Below the pieces are notes generated by a model that searched no databases, was not told where the DNA came from, and saw nothing but the letters and a program-made list of their open reading frames with translations. The translations under genes and the position numbers were made by a program. Of a stretch of DNA of 64,000 nucleotides, positions 50,104-62,473 are shown one piece after another (position 1 is the first letter of the stretch; each line of letters starts with the position of its first letter). The DNA is from Marsupella aquatica (lineage: Eukaryota > Plantae > Marchantiophyta), in the NCBI GenBank assembly GCA_973895155.1, contig OZ316895.1, forward strand, positions 22,146,558 through 22,210,557. The letters run 5' to 3'.

Positions 50104-51570
50104 TCAGGCGACATGCGCTACCTCTACCAGCCGTTCGTAGACACAGCAAATTGCTCTCCATAAACTGAGCTCCTCGTAATGTATTCCATGCTTCTGGCAT
50201 AATTCTTTCACGTGGGGCGCAACCTTCTTCAGATTATGTCTCGGAAGAGTAGGAAAGAGATGATGCTCGATCTGCCTGTTAAGGCCGCCAGTGAACCAGT
50301 CATTGAAGAAGTTACCCTCAATGTTTCGAGTGGAGGTCGCTTGAGCCGTGACGAAATCTCTCGGGTCGTTGTACACATCCATTCCGTTGTGGCTGAGAAC
50401 AAACACAATGCTGAGAAGGGCCCCACCAAACAATTGGGATAGAAACAGCCAGCTGAGCGCCATAGCTGTTGGCAGGAGCCAGAACGCAGCACTAAAGAAG
50501 GCTACATAGTGAGCCACCAGAGAACTCCTTTCCAGGAATCTCATACCCTTGGACATATCAAAATGCTTGGCATGCTGCCAGCTCGAATGGAGCCAGCTGA
50601 ATCTAGCAACGAAGAGGAGAGGGAAGAACAAGATGTGCTGCACTTTGATGATAGACCTGAAAAATTCGTTATCCACCGTGGCAAGAATGTCTTTGCTCCA
50701 GGCAAGAAGTGGCACTGTATCAATGTCCGGATCAATGGGGTTGAACTTCTCATCACATTCATTCGTAGCTGCGTGGTGCACGTTGTGTTTGCTTTTCCAC
50801 CATCCCACGCTATATCCCTGCATAAAATTTCCCCAGAAAAGACCACCCATCACTGTGTTCAGCAGTCGGTCCTCTGCCACCTGATTGTGGAGGAAATCGT
50901 GCGCCAGCCACCCACATTGCTGCCAGAACAGCCCCAGCAAGAAGGCAGAGCAGAGAACCGCAGGAAAACTATGTGACATACTAATGATCCCCAAACTGGC
51001 CGCCAGAATCGCAAAATTCCCCAAGCTCTTGTACGTGTAATAAATTTTGCTGCTTCTGAACTGCTGGGCTTTCACAAGCCCTCTCCTAATTTCTCTGTAC
51101 TCGCTCAAAGCCTCTGTCACTGGCTCCGCAATTTTCAGATCGCCGATGTGACATTCCGGTAAATATGTCCAAGCCTTGGCCGAATGGAAGTTACGGAAGT
51201 TGTCCGTCCCATCACGTCCCGCTTGAGTAAAAATCGCAGCCCCACCTGGATGAGTCTTCCCAAACTCCGTCACATCATAAACCTTGTCATTGATTATGAT
51301 CCAGCAGTCGTCGGCCGTTTTGTGCTGCGCAACCTCTTTCGCAGTCCAAAGACGGCGTCCACAGGGAGAGCGGTCATTGAAATCATTTCCCGCTCTTGAT
51401 CTCAGCTGGCTTTCTGTTGTAGCCTTCCCCTGCTGCTTATCAGTCGGGTTGCGCTTTTCCCGGCTCACCGTGCTACCCACAATCGTCGCCTTGTAGCTCC
51501 ATTTCGACCAAATGCCCTGCGTCGTCGTCGTCGTTGTCGTGGTCGTCGTAGCCGGTGCCATTCTTGCCAT
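50104..51570 (-). CDS. Cytochrome b5-fused front-end fatty-acid desaturase, probably delta-6 (488 aa, intronless)
   Basis: Cyt-b5 domain (DCWIIINDKVYDVT..HPGG); His boxes HDFLH, WWKSKHNVHH and QIEHHLFP; also DPDIDT and DWFTGGLN. The N-terminal GIWSKW resembles liverwort delta-6 desaturase (from memory). Confidence 0.95.
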   Translation of the reverse strand: MARMAPATTTTTTTTTTQGIWSKWSYKATIVGSTVSREKRNPTDKQQGKATTESQLRSRAGNDFNDRSPCGRRLWTAKEVAQHKTADDCWIIINDKVYDVTEFGKTHPGGAAIFTQAGRDGTDNFRNFHSAKAWTYLPECHIGDLKIAEPVTEALSEYREIRRGLVKAQQFRSSKIYYTYKSLGNFAILAASLGIISMSHSFPAVLCSAFLLGLFWQQCGWLAHDFLHNQVAEDRLLNTVMGGLFWGNFMQGYSVGWWKSKHNVHHAATNECDEKFNPIDPDIDTVPLLAWSKDILATVDNEFFRSIIKVQHILFFPLLFVARFSWLHSSWQHAKHFDMSKGMRFLERSSLVAHYVAFFSAAFWLLPTAMALSWLFLSQLFGGALLSIVFVLSHNGMDVYNDPRDFVTAQATSTRNIEGNFFNDWFTGGLNRQIEHHLFPTLPRHNLKKVAPHVKELCQKHGIHYEELSLWRAICCVYERLVEVAHVA

Positions 51571-52622
51571 ATCGATCGATCGATCAATGTCGTTCCTCAG
51601 ACGAATAAGGAGCGACGCTCAGTCCGTTATATCATCAAGGGCCTTCACAAGATTCCAATCCCGCCGCCCACGTCCGAGGCAATGCGCATCACCCAGTTCT
51701 TCCTCTTCCTCCTCAGTCGCAGCTCTGCGGCAGCCTCTCGAGACGTGAGTGATGGGACCGAACCACGAACACAAATCGAACTCTTCTCTCTAGCTCAACG
51801 GCGCTCCTGTAGCTGGCCCCACGTGTATTAATGGGATCTACTAAACATGTGATTGCAAATCGCTCCTCGGTCCTCAGCTACTGCTGCCACTCGAGCGGAA
51901 GGTATCTCCAAAATGCAGAACGAAGTCAACTGCCGGTGCCTTCTCCGTTGCTCTGCTGCCGAGTCATGAAGAAGAAAGGCTCATTCAGCTTCAGCTGCTT
52001 CCGAAGGATTGGGAGAAAGGCTCATTCAGCTTCAGCTAGCCAGCCAGACACTCGTATCGAGCGGGAACACAGCCGTGGTAGCGAGGCAAGAGGGCCCGGT
52101 CGAGTTGTTATTCTGGTGAGAAAGTAAGGGGAGCACGAGCACCATATACTGTGCAATCTCGCTCACCTCCCAAGATCCTCGATGGCGACTGGAGCTTGAA
52201 AAAGCGCAATTCCTACCTTCTCGCACCGACATGCAGCTGCGCTGCGACGACCGATCGCTGCGAGGGAGTGTGAGGGATTCGCCGTGGGCATCGAGCAACG
52301 TACTGAATCTTGATAGGGGCGGCTGATATTACTATGCGGAATTGCTGGACTACTGCTCGGCTCTGCTCTCCTCTGCTATCAGTGACTATGCTCGCTCAGT
52401 ACGCGCGACTCGACACGGCCATAAGGCCATTCGTGGCGCCCACACTTTTACAGTACTACCTCTGTGGCATCAGGTTCGACCAACAAATTAATTAATCAAA
52501 ATTAATAAATTCCATTATTTTTTACAAAATAATTAAGTGTTTGGAATGGAACAAATTATGCATCGTGTTCGCCCAACAAATTAATTAATGTTAGAATGTG
52601 TGTAAGCCATAGCCATGAGAAT

Positions 52623-52785
52623 CGAGGAGACAAGATGTGGAAACAACAACTACATAGGTCTCAACCACTTTCCATATAATACAGGTCTTTGGTACAATGA
52701 TAACTCTGGCGAGGAGACAAGATGTGGAAACAACAACTACATGGATCACAACCGCTTTCCATATAATATAGGTCTTTGGTACAAA
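52623..52785. repeat. Direct duplication of a ~87-bp unit
   Basis: CGAGGAGACAAGATGTGGAAACAACAACTACAT...TTTCCATATAATA.AGGTCTTTGGTACAA at 52623 and 52710. Confidence 0.85.
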
Positions 52786-52967
52786 TGTATCTCTGGTTAT
52801 GACCAGGGTTAGTTTATTTTAGCGTAGCTTGTATTTTTACTATAATAATTAATTAAATTTAATAGAAATTATGAGTATTGACTTTATAATTAAGTGTTTG
52901 GCGTGGAAATTACAGTACTAGCTTAGTGCCATCGGGTTCACCAGAAAAATGATAAATAGATATTATG

Positions 52968-54794
52968 ATTTTGGATTTTCCTGGAAAATGAAGCATCTAA
53001 AGTGTTTTACTTTCCATTCAATGCTTTGCCCAGAATTATCCATCCCTCCTGTGTTCAGTCTACATGCCCATACATGTTCCAGATAGTCAACAAGTGTTTT
53101 GCCATCTCTAAAATTTGACTATTTTTGGAGATGAAAGACATGAGTGAAAATTTTAAAACAATCCAAAAAAATTGTATAGTGTGTCAAGTGTTGAGCGAAG
53201 CTCTAGTTGGGGAAAAAAGGAACCAACAAAATCTTTTGCTGAGCCGTTGAGTGAAGTTCGTGGGAAAAGAAATGGACGCAACCTTAGTTCTAATCTTGCT
53301 TTGAGTGGAGCTCAAAGTGGCATGTCTCCAGAGAATTACAATAATGGAGCTCATCTAGATTTATTACACTGGTGAATTGAGGACTGTCGGGGAAGGTTGC
53401 AAGCTGTCTTAATGCTAGCCATGGCTCAAGCTTAGAAGACTTCTGGTCCTCGAAACCTTTGACAATTTTGTGGTGACATAAGCTCAACCATGGGATCAAT
53501 GCATGGCCAATTTTGTGATAAACTCTAGGAATATTTTGAATACCTTCAAGCATTTGCAGATTTTGCATGTACATGACTTCACTGCAGTCTTGTAACTACA
53601 CAAATTGTGGCCAAGTACATTCTAATGCTAGTGAGTCCAATTTCCCCATATCTGATAAATTTTCCTTGGTTCTTCCTATTCCTATTGGTTCTCACATACT
53701 AAACTTGAGCACCTAGAACTTCAAATCTAATTTACTAGCTTGCATGGTCTTAAGCTTGCTTGGCAAGCTGCTCCAGATGCACAGTGTCAAGGTTTCTACA
53801 TCTTGTCAAGTCTGTTGCAACTACACACCAGCAGTCATTAGAACTTTGCCTTCCTATAAAACATTGTACATATTCAACTTGCAATTAGCCAGTCTTGCTG
53901 TGAAACTACCCAGAGATTTTCCACTTTGAAATAGTTGATGCACAATCGCCAAAGGAATCTGGTCATGATGGCATTTATCAACGGGAGATAAGTGGTCATA
54001 TGGAGAAGTTACGTTGCCAACTTTTGGGCAACTATCAGTCTTCTTCTTGTCTTTGCCGTGTTTGGATTTGCTCGAGCCCAAGACAAACCAATTGAAGACA
54101 AGTACAAGTAGATTTTCAGGATATTCCAACTATGTTGGATTATTCTCTATAGGTGTGAAAAACTAGACAATATTTGGGTTAGTAGTTATAGTTACCTGTT
54201 CCTTTTAATGTGATTTTCAATTTCATTATTGTTAGCACTCTTTTATGTAATAAAAAATAATAATTTATTTCTAGGAAATAACAAAAGTAACCAAAGCGGT
54301 TACTTGTTAAAAAACATTCATCTAGTCCGTTGTGTTATTGTTTCGTTATGCCTTGCAGGACAACTTGCTTTTACAGCATGGTGACCAAGAATTTTCTCCC
54401 AAATTGGCGCAAACAAGAAGGCAACTGTTATTTTGACTCCCAAAAACGACAAGAAGAAGACTGGTAGCTGCCCAGTAGTTGGCAAGATAACTTCTCCATA
54501 TGACCACTTATCTTTGGTTGATAAATGCCATCATGACCAGATTTTCCCCAACTAGTGCTAACTTCAATGCTTGACACCCAATACAATTTTGTCCAATTTT
54601 TAAACTTTTTTACTCATGTCTTTCATCTCCAAAATAGTCAAATTCAAGAGACAGTAAAACACTTGTGTGACAATCTGGAACATGTATGGGGATGTCAACT
54701 GAATATAGGATGGATGGATAATTCTGGGGAAAGCTTTATTTAAATGGAAAGTAAAAAAATTTAGATGCTTTCATTTTCCAGGAAAATCCAAAAT
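52968..54794. repeat. Long diverged inverted repeat with a split left arm (foldback/MULE-like remnant)
   Basis: The contiguous right arm 54448-54794 matches, in reverse complement, 52968-53216 plus 53956-54051 (roughly 80% identical by eye). About 740 bp of extra sequence interrupts the left arm. Confidence 0.8.
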
Positions 54795-57700
54795 AGGAGA
54801 AAGAGTGGAGGATCAAGAGTGATGATTTACGGTATGTACTAATTGAGCATTGAGAAAGATCAAAATAATATTTGCATAGATTGAAGGCATCATAGACTTT
54901 AGTTAATTCTGAAACTATTGCAAAGAAGATTGTTGACACTCATTTAGGATCCAAAGCTGTATACTCATGATCCAAAGATTTGTTAGGGTCTACAGTAGAG
55001 TGAAGCCTCTAGACCATGACTAAGTTGTGAGTGAAGCTAGGGTTGGGGGTGGAATGGTGATGGGAGCACCATACACAACCCCCTCTGGACTGTTTCCTAC
55101 TTAATTGACCCCCTATGTTCAGATCTGCCCCAATAGATCCCCCAAAGTCTGTTTGTTACCCAATCGACCCCCTTTGATAATTTCTGGTTCATGACATGTC
55201 ATGTATTGCAATTGTAGTCTACCTGAACCTGTCCGTGGGTGCGAGCAACTTGACCAAACCTTCAAAATGCTTGGTTTAGGTTCAGCCGCGTTGCGATGGC
55301 AACAATCAAGGATTTCAAAAATGATATGAGGACAATATGTGTTATGTCTTCACATGTTCATTATTGAATTGTCCTCACATAACTTGGTCCAAATGTTCAT
55401 TGTTTCACATTCTGTCATGACTACTTCTGTTGGTCATGAGGTTTGGGGGAATCTATTGGATTGGGGGTTATTGGGAAGCTCTGTCTCTTTTCGTTAGAGT
55501 TTGCATGCAATCTGGATGGATTGACATTGTAGTGATGTGAGGTAAGCTTGGGGATATTAAATGTTGGAGATTTTGATGTCATTGTGCATCTTTGGCATTG
55601 AGGGAATCTATTTGAAGTGGACATTCTTTAAGGTGACATATTATCACTACAAGACAAGATAGAGCATGCCCAAAAACAAGACTCAATTGCACATGGATTT
55701 AGGATGTGTCTAGGATAACTGGTGGGAAAGCCTATAAGAAAGTGTGTAAGCTAGAATCTAATGTTGTCATCAATTGTTATTGATGTGTATTGTTTATTCT
55801 AGTGAATACACTTGTTGAGAGTCCATAACGCAAAGTGTCTTAGTTCAATTGCTTGTAATGGAAGCAAAGCTAGGCAACTCAAATTCAAAAGGGCAAACAC
55901 TTTAAGGATTTCTGCTTTGCATGGAAGTAAATAATTTTTAAAAAATTGGAGAGTTTATGAGCATGTTAGTTAATAATTATTAGAATTTGAAGTGTTCTTT
56001 GTGCTCATAACCACATAATTGATGATTCATTTCTCTGGAAGAAAATCAGTCTAACTGTATTTATTATCGTATTAGAAAATTACTCTTTAGGGCATAGTGT
56101 CTATAGTGAAGTCTCTAAACCATAACTTTAGGGACACAGCTGAAGTTGGGGGTCTGAGTGGAAAATGGGTAGTGAGGGTGAGGCGGAGTCTCTAAACATG
56201 GCGCAAGGGCTTGAATGATCCCATTCTATATGTGTTTCGATAATGGGCACTAGCTTCTTCCCCCAAACACAACACCATGGTGCTATATTCAAATAGTGGG
56301 CAATGGGGTGTTTTATTCAAATATTCTGCCCAATGCGTTGTCTTTGAGTTGTGACTTTCTGTACGTTTCCAGCTTTTGTATTTGTAGGGCGTAAGTTTGT
56401 GTTTGAAAATGGGCATTAGGTTCAAATGTTGCCTCTGTGTTTGAATATTGACATTGTCATATGATTCTTGAATTTTGTACCTTTTATGCTCAATAACATA
56501 TAACAAATTAGTGTCAAAACTAGAACAAAGCGTTCATCATTCTTCAACCTACATCAGTGTATTGTGTTAAACAGACGTTGTGTTCAAGATATAAGTATGG
56601 CTTTTTTGTCATGGAACCCAACATTTCTCATTTTTTAACACAACACCATGGCAGTGTGTTCAGGGGAAGATGGTATTCTGCATGCCCATCCTTTGAAGGT
56701 TTAAGACTTGAGGACATTTAAGCCCTTCACCCATTTTCAAAGACTTGAATGCGCTCATGCACTCTGCTACAGTTTTTGCAGTTGCACCCCATCTTCAATT
56801 CTGGCTTCAAGTACGGCAACGTCATGGTCTAGAAACTTCACTTTAGTGTATAGACTTTGAAAAGTAATTTTGATCAGGATTATATACTTAGATTTTGGAC
56901 TGTTTGTTCACATAAAATATCATGGTTAAGATTGTGGAGAAAGTTGTTAAAGTTTTGGAATGCTTATGACATCTCAAGAGTAAGTTTGGAAGTGGGATGT
57001 AAATTAATGCTGAGAATGTTACAAACAGCTTGATGTGAACTATGACTTTTCAGTGTGGATGTCAGCTTTTGAATTGAAAAACCAAAGCAATAATACTTTG
57101 TTGTTTTCACATTTGTTGGAATAAAAAATAATAGATAGTTTAGATAGCACTAGGGTATGTAGTGGGCGTAGAACCATGCTGACAACTTGAGAGCGATCCA
57201 TCACAGGCCCCTTTTACATTAGTACCATAGTGCCAACTAGTTGGTGCAAAAACAAAATGTTGGACTACTTGTGAAACCTCATAAGGATTTGACGAAGTAG
57301 GCTTTGAGGACATTCTAAACATCTTGATGTAAAGCACTGATTGTAGACAGTATAGGTTTAATTGAAAACTAAAACAAAAGAATACTAGTTTGGCTTTGGT
57401 GATTTCTCGGAATAAAATCCAATCTATATTTTGGGTGGAAAACCACAGAGTACGAGGAACCATGCGGGCGGCTTGACAGATTGAATTGTCGATGGCCACT
57501 TTTTCATTAGTGCCATCCCGTCACATGGAAAATTATTAATCAATAAGATTTTAACACGACCTACAAAATTATTGATTAATAAGATCTTGAACCCAACCTA
57601 CAATTTTTTTTAAATGTTGGAGACTTGGAGCAGTGGTGAAACATCAAAAGAATTATGCATGTAATTTTGAGACAACTCTAAATATCTTGCTTACTCCTTA

Positions 57701-59933
57701 AATGATTTTGGACCGGACCTACAAAATTATTGATTAGTAAAATTTTGAACTCAACTTGATTACAAAATTATGAAATGTTGTGACTTGGAGAGTTGATGAA
57801 ACATCAAAAGAATTCTGCATGTAAACTTTTAGACGATTCTAAATATCTTGGTTACTCCTTAAATAAAAAACCTTAAGAGAAGAATAATCTTGCGGCATTG
57901 CTTATTTCTTGGAATAAAAATAAAATAGATATTCGGATACAACTTCCCATACAACTCTGGTAGTGAAAAAACCATGCTGGCCAAAACTTACATCGTACTA
58001 GGCAGAGTTGGGGACATGGTCAACAGTTGCTGTGAGGTTTGTTTTGTGAACTATGATCTTCACAAAATAAGTTATTTCAAGTTCATCATTCTCACAACCA
58101 GATGAATGAACAATGGAATGAGCAAACCATACAACACAAGCTGCTGCAGTTCTGCCAGGAGGCTGCATCAGTGGTGCTCCTGCATGTTTTGGGTCATGAC
58201 AGACAGCAAGGAAGACAGTTGAGAATGACAGAGCTCTTGTGTGGCTTCGTTGCGTCAGCCTGTCCATCCATCACTGTCTGATGAAGCAATGTGCCCCTCC
58301 CTGGCTTTGCATCGATCATCTGTTGGTGGATTCATTTGGCTGTCTGAACCGTTTCTCTCTCCGTCAATCTATGTCCTATCAGTAGAGTACTAGTGTAGGA
58401 TTTCAACAATGCTATGCACATTCCATAGGTGCACAGTGGTGAACACGGATGTCGGTTTGGGATGGGCTGAAGGTCATGGTTTCCTTTGACGATCGTGCTC
58501 TTCTCGCATTAATATTAGGGTGTCTCAAGCCTCTCAGTTTTGCCTCTGATTACAGTCAGACAGATTTTCCCAGAACTGAAGTGCAGAATCTAGAAAACAA
58601 GGTGACCAATTACATCATGAATTCTGAGTGGTGTAGTGCATCCATCCCGCTGATTTGAAGCCTGCCTTGATTGAGCCATTGAAAGTAGTGTCTTCTTTAA
58701 ATAACCTTCTTCAGGCATCCAAATGAATAGCGGGTGTACACTGCACTACAAATGGCTCAGGCATTCACTGTTTTTATGTAGGGCCGAGGCTCTTGGTCTT
58801 AGGGCGTCTAGACAAATTCCCCTTCATGATCCTTCTATGCAGTTTACTGAAGAGATTTACCATACTTTTCAATTTGCTACTCAGTAGGGCTTTAGTTCTT
58901 CAATTTGCCATTATAGGGGACAGTTGGGCTTGTTGGCTCTTTATTTGCATTTTCGCCCCGTTATTGAGTTGAACTTCTGAGCATCCTCTAAACTGAGATG
59001 TAAGCAAATGTTCGTCACTTCAAGATCAAATTAAAATTAATTTGACACTAAAACACATAATATCAGCTATAATTGTGGTTGATCTATTGCATTCTTCCAC
59101 TCTTGACGCTCGCCAATTCCGAGAGAAAGGCAAACACCTAAAGTTTTGCCTATACTGGATCCGTGCATTGCAACAGATGCCTGTTCATTTCAGAGAAATG
59201 CAAATGGCCTTGTGTATTACGCATTCCGAAACCTCACTTTTGCTTCTTCCCTTCCCACATCGACGCCATCTTCGCCTGGCGATGATTATGAGTATATATT
59301 TCGTCGAGATATAACGTGACCTCATATATGAGTGACTAACACTCGTAGATGGAAATTATATTCATTAATTCACTTGAATCTGGGCACCAATTCTGCCACA
59401 ACCTCGGAGGTGGTAAATGATTATTATGGACCTCACTGATGTGGACGATGGTACATGGAGTCACGGATCTGGATTACCCTATCAAGGCGTTTATATTAGA
59501 GCACACTAGAAAGCAACTCGGTGAGGAGCGAGCTCAGGAGAGGCTAGAGCGAAACCGACGAAAGACTTCATTGATTGATTCACCAGGTTCAAGTGAATAG
59601 AGCCTGCTGACGGGCATGCCCTCTCTGTCTGAGGTTATATGGAGACGTGAAAATCCTTATCCAGCTCTTGGTCCCAACTAAATTATGGCAGAGAAGACTC
59701 ACACCAGCTCACATTACTACGATGGAGCACTTACTACATCGCAATGAGCTACCGAAGAAATGTGGGTCTTCGATCAGGTCAGCGACTGGCTGGCTACGGT
59801 ACGTAGTAGGGAAGATCTGCTGACCGTGCTACTTTAATGGATGTCTACGCTACGGAGCAAGGACGATGGCAATAACCTTTCACAAGCGAAATCACCACTG
59901 GATGGCGGTGTGGACAATGACGAGAGTTCAACG

Positions 59934-60196
59934 AAAGGAGCTAATCATTGCAGAAGGCTGGACAGGAGTTCAGTAGCTGGACAATGAAGAGAGTTCAACC
60001 AAAAGAACTAGTCACTGCAGAAGGCTGGACAGGAGTTCAGTAGTCAGGGAAAGGAACTAATCACTGCAGAAGGCTGGACAGGAGTTCAGTAGTGAGGGAA
60101 AGGAACTAATCACTGCAGAAGGCTGGACACGAGTGCAGTAGTCAGGGAAAAGAACTAATCACTGCAGAAGGCTGGACACGAGGTCAGTAGCCAGGG
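59934..60196. repeat. 49-bp minisatellite, 5 copies
   Basis: Unit AAAGGAACTAATCACTGCAGAAGGCTGGACAGGAGTTCAGTAGTCAGGG. Copies 2-5 are head-to-tail; copy 1 has a longer linker. Confidence 0.92.
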
Positions 60197-62056
60197 ATTA
60201 TAGTGAAAACAACAGAGTTTCAATTTACGGATAGGAGGCTTGAGGTAGCCTTTGGTGACTCTATCGTTCATTTGTTTGCTCGTGTATACTTAGAATGTAC
60301 CGTCCTACTGAACAGGTTTTCGCAAGGTTGTCAGTTTCATATTGAGCACGTACTGTTGAGGTCAGTGAGTAAAGTTGGGTTGAAGATAATTTTCGATGTT
60401 TATCAGTATGCTTAGGAGAGCAACATGCACATCTACACGCCTTGTATGTGGGGTTCACCAGGGCCGTAATTGAACCAACTCTGAGTTACAAGGTAATGAT
60501 GAAAAAGATTGTTTCAGCAGTCATCAACTACCATAGAAATGTCGAGGAAACTGTGCAGCACTTCCGTCGGTGATGCGATATATTTCAACAATCATTGTTT
60601 CAACAGTCCTAAACTGCCATAGAATTTCGAGGAAAGCTTTAAATTGTGCAGCAGTCCGTCATAAAATATACTTGTGTATTATATCCATGGAGTTGTGTTC
60701 GTTAACTGCGATCAAAAGTGTTAGTTCAGCGAGGTGTCAACCTCGAGATACATCACAGGAGGAGACTGTGTCACATGACCTCCTATCAACTGCAGCTCAA
60801 CCTACCGAACTAGAATAGTCCAGCAATCCCATCATCTCGAATTATTTACTTCTAAATCACTATGAAGGCACTGGAGATTGACTGGAGACAGGTGTGCCTT
60901 TAACAAAATATTGGTTGTGAACACGTCTAACACAACAGAAATGAACGATCCTCACCTTACAGTCGTTCCTTTCCTGACTCGGACTAGTCAGTTCGGTGTG
61001 CCACGATTTTTTTGTCGAGTCAGACACTGAAAACACCTTCTCGAGCCTGTAATACTTACAATTGTTGAGCGTTGCTAACCCTGTAAGACAACCCCATTGG
61101 CAGATTCGTCGATTGATTCCCATTGCGGCAGAATTGTTGCTGTGATCGAATCCACGTCGTCTTCGATGTACTCGACCAGCTGGAGCACTATCAGTACTAC
61201 TAGGTTCATTAATAAAAGCCTCACAACAAAGCCAACTGCAGGCGATAAGGTCAAATCAAATGAGGGACATACATGAAAGCGCTAAACGAGGGCAGTGTTC
61301 TATCCACGGTCCGAAAATGTGAGCTGCCTGTGTCAGCCGAGATTGGGTTCACACTCCGAACTGACATCAGGTGCTACTGGAGGCTTCGCTGGGCCCTAGC
61401 GAGGATCAGGCACTGGACCGATCAGGTAGATCACGCATCTACTACACTAGACATTCTAAGGTCCAGACGAACTAACACTTTTTTATACATTGTCCTCACC
61501 AGTGAGTTGCATCGGTTTTGTCCCAGATAAAATAGGGAACCTTCTACATGTAGAATTTCGCAACTTTGATCACCGTTGCAGTACCAGGTCAACAGGATAT
61601 ATACTAACAAGTCTACTGAGCGTTCACCAGTGAGGATGAGTTTCGGGTTCGTGGGTATCTTAATTGAAGGAATTGATGGAATTTTTGGCTAGCCTGCTAT
61701 GCGGCCTTCCATGGGCATGGGCTTTCCTCTTTGTTAGATGTTTGGAAGGATAGTCTGAAGAAAAATAGATCCGAGCTTCACTGATTCCTTTTGTTCATCT
61801 CTGGCTGCTGTCGGCCATCACGGTTTAGAGTCCTGAAGGCGCACGCTGTAGAGGAAATTGCTGTGAAAAGAGGCTTGAATGCAATACTCGAGCTCTCGGT
61901 TTCCTCCTGTAGCCCTGAAGCACGGCAGGGGTTCAAGTCACGGCCAGAAGGGAAGTTCCAGCGAGTTCCTTTCGGAGACAAGGTCCAGAGTTTCTCCGAC
62001 CCAGTGCTGGTGACTTGACCATCGGTTGTGTTTGGACTCCCGCATTCGTGCTCTCG

Positions 62057-62473
62057 ATGGCTGTACCAGCGAAGGAGTCTCCACCGGGGGAGTCACCATC
62101 GCCGGTGATTCCCCTCATCATGCTCGTAATTGTAATAGCAATGATGGCGATCCCCAGCATGATGGCATACGATCCCGCGTTCTACTGGAACTCCACGATT
62201 GCCGAGGTGCAGACGCATTTCGCCGTGGGCGCTTTCTTAATTCCCGTATGTTTGGTGCTGGCAGTGCAGGCCTTCGGCATGCCTCATGTCAATCCGATTG
62301 AGCCCAGCCCTCCATCTTCACCCTTCGTGGAGTCTATCTCTCAGGATCTGCCGACTTCCGTCACACTCGTTGCGATCATCCTCTTCCTGTTCATGCTCAT
62401 TCCTCTTCGCAACGTCTTTCAGGGTCCCTGGCAGCCTCCACCACCTTCTGCCCGCCCCAGGCGTTGGTGGTGA
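62057..62473 (+). CDS. Small multi-pass membrane protein of unknown function (~138 aa)
   Basis: ATG at 62057 within ORF 62015-62473. Three hydrophobic segments (VIPLIMLVIVIAMMAI; FAVGAFLIPVCLVLAV; VTLVAIILFLFMLIPL) with Pro/Ser linkers and a W/P-rich C-terminus. GC-richer, coding-like composition relative to the flanks. Confidence 0.65.
   Translation: MAVPAKESPPGESPSPVIPLIMLVIVIAMMAIPSMMAYDPAFYWNSTIAEVQTHFAVGAFLIPVCLVLAVQAFGMPHVNPIEPSPPSSPFVESISQDLPTSVTLVAIILFLFMLIPLRNVFQGPWQPPPPSARPRRWW

Noticed and set aside
50212-51748. ORFs antisense to or overlapping the desaturase
   Set aside because: Shadow frames of a genuine CDS.
59934-60196. CRISPR-like regular repeats
   Set aside because: Units are head-to-tail without unique spacers, there are no cas genes, and the context is eukaryotic.
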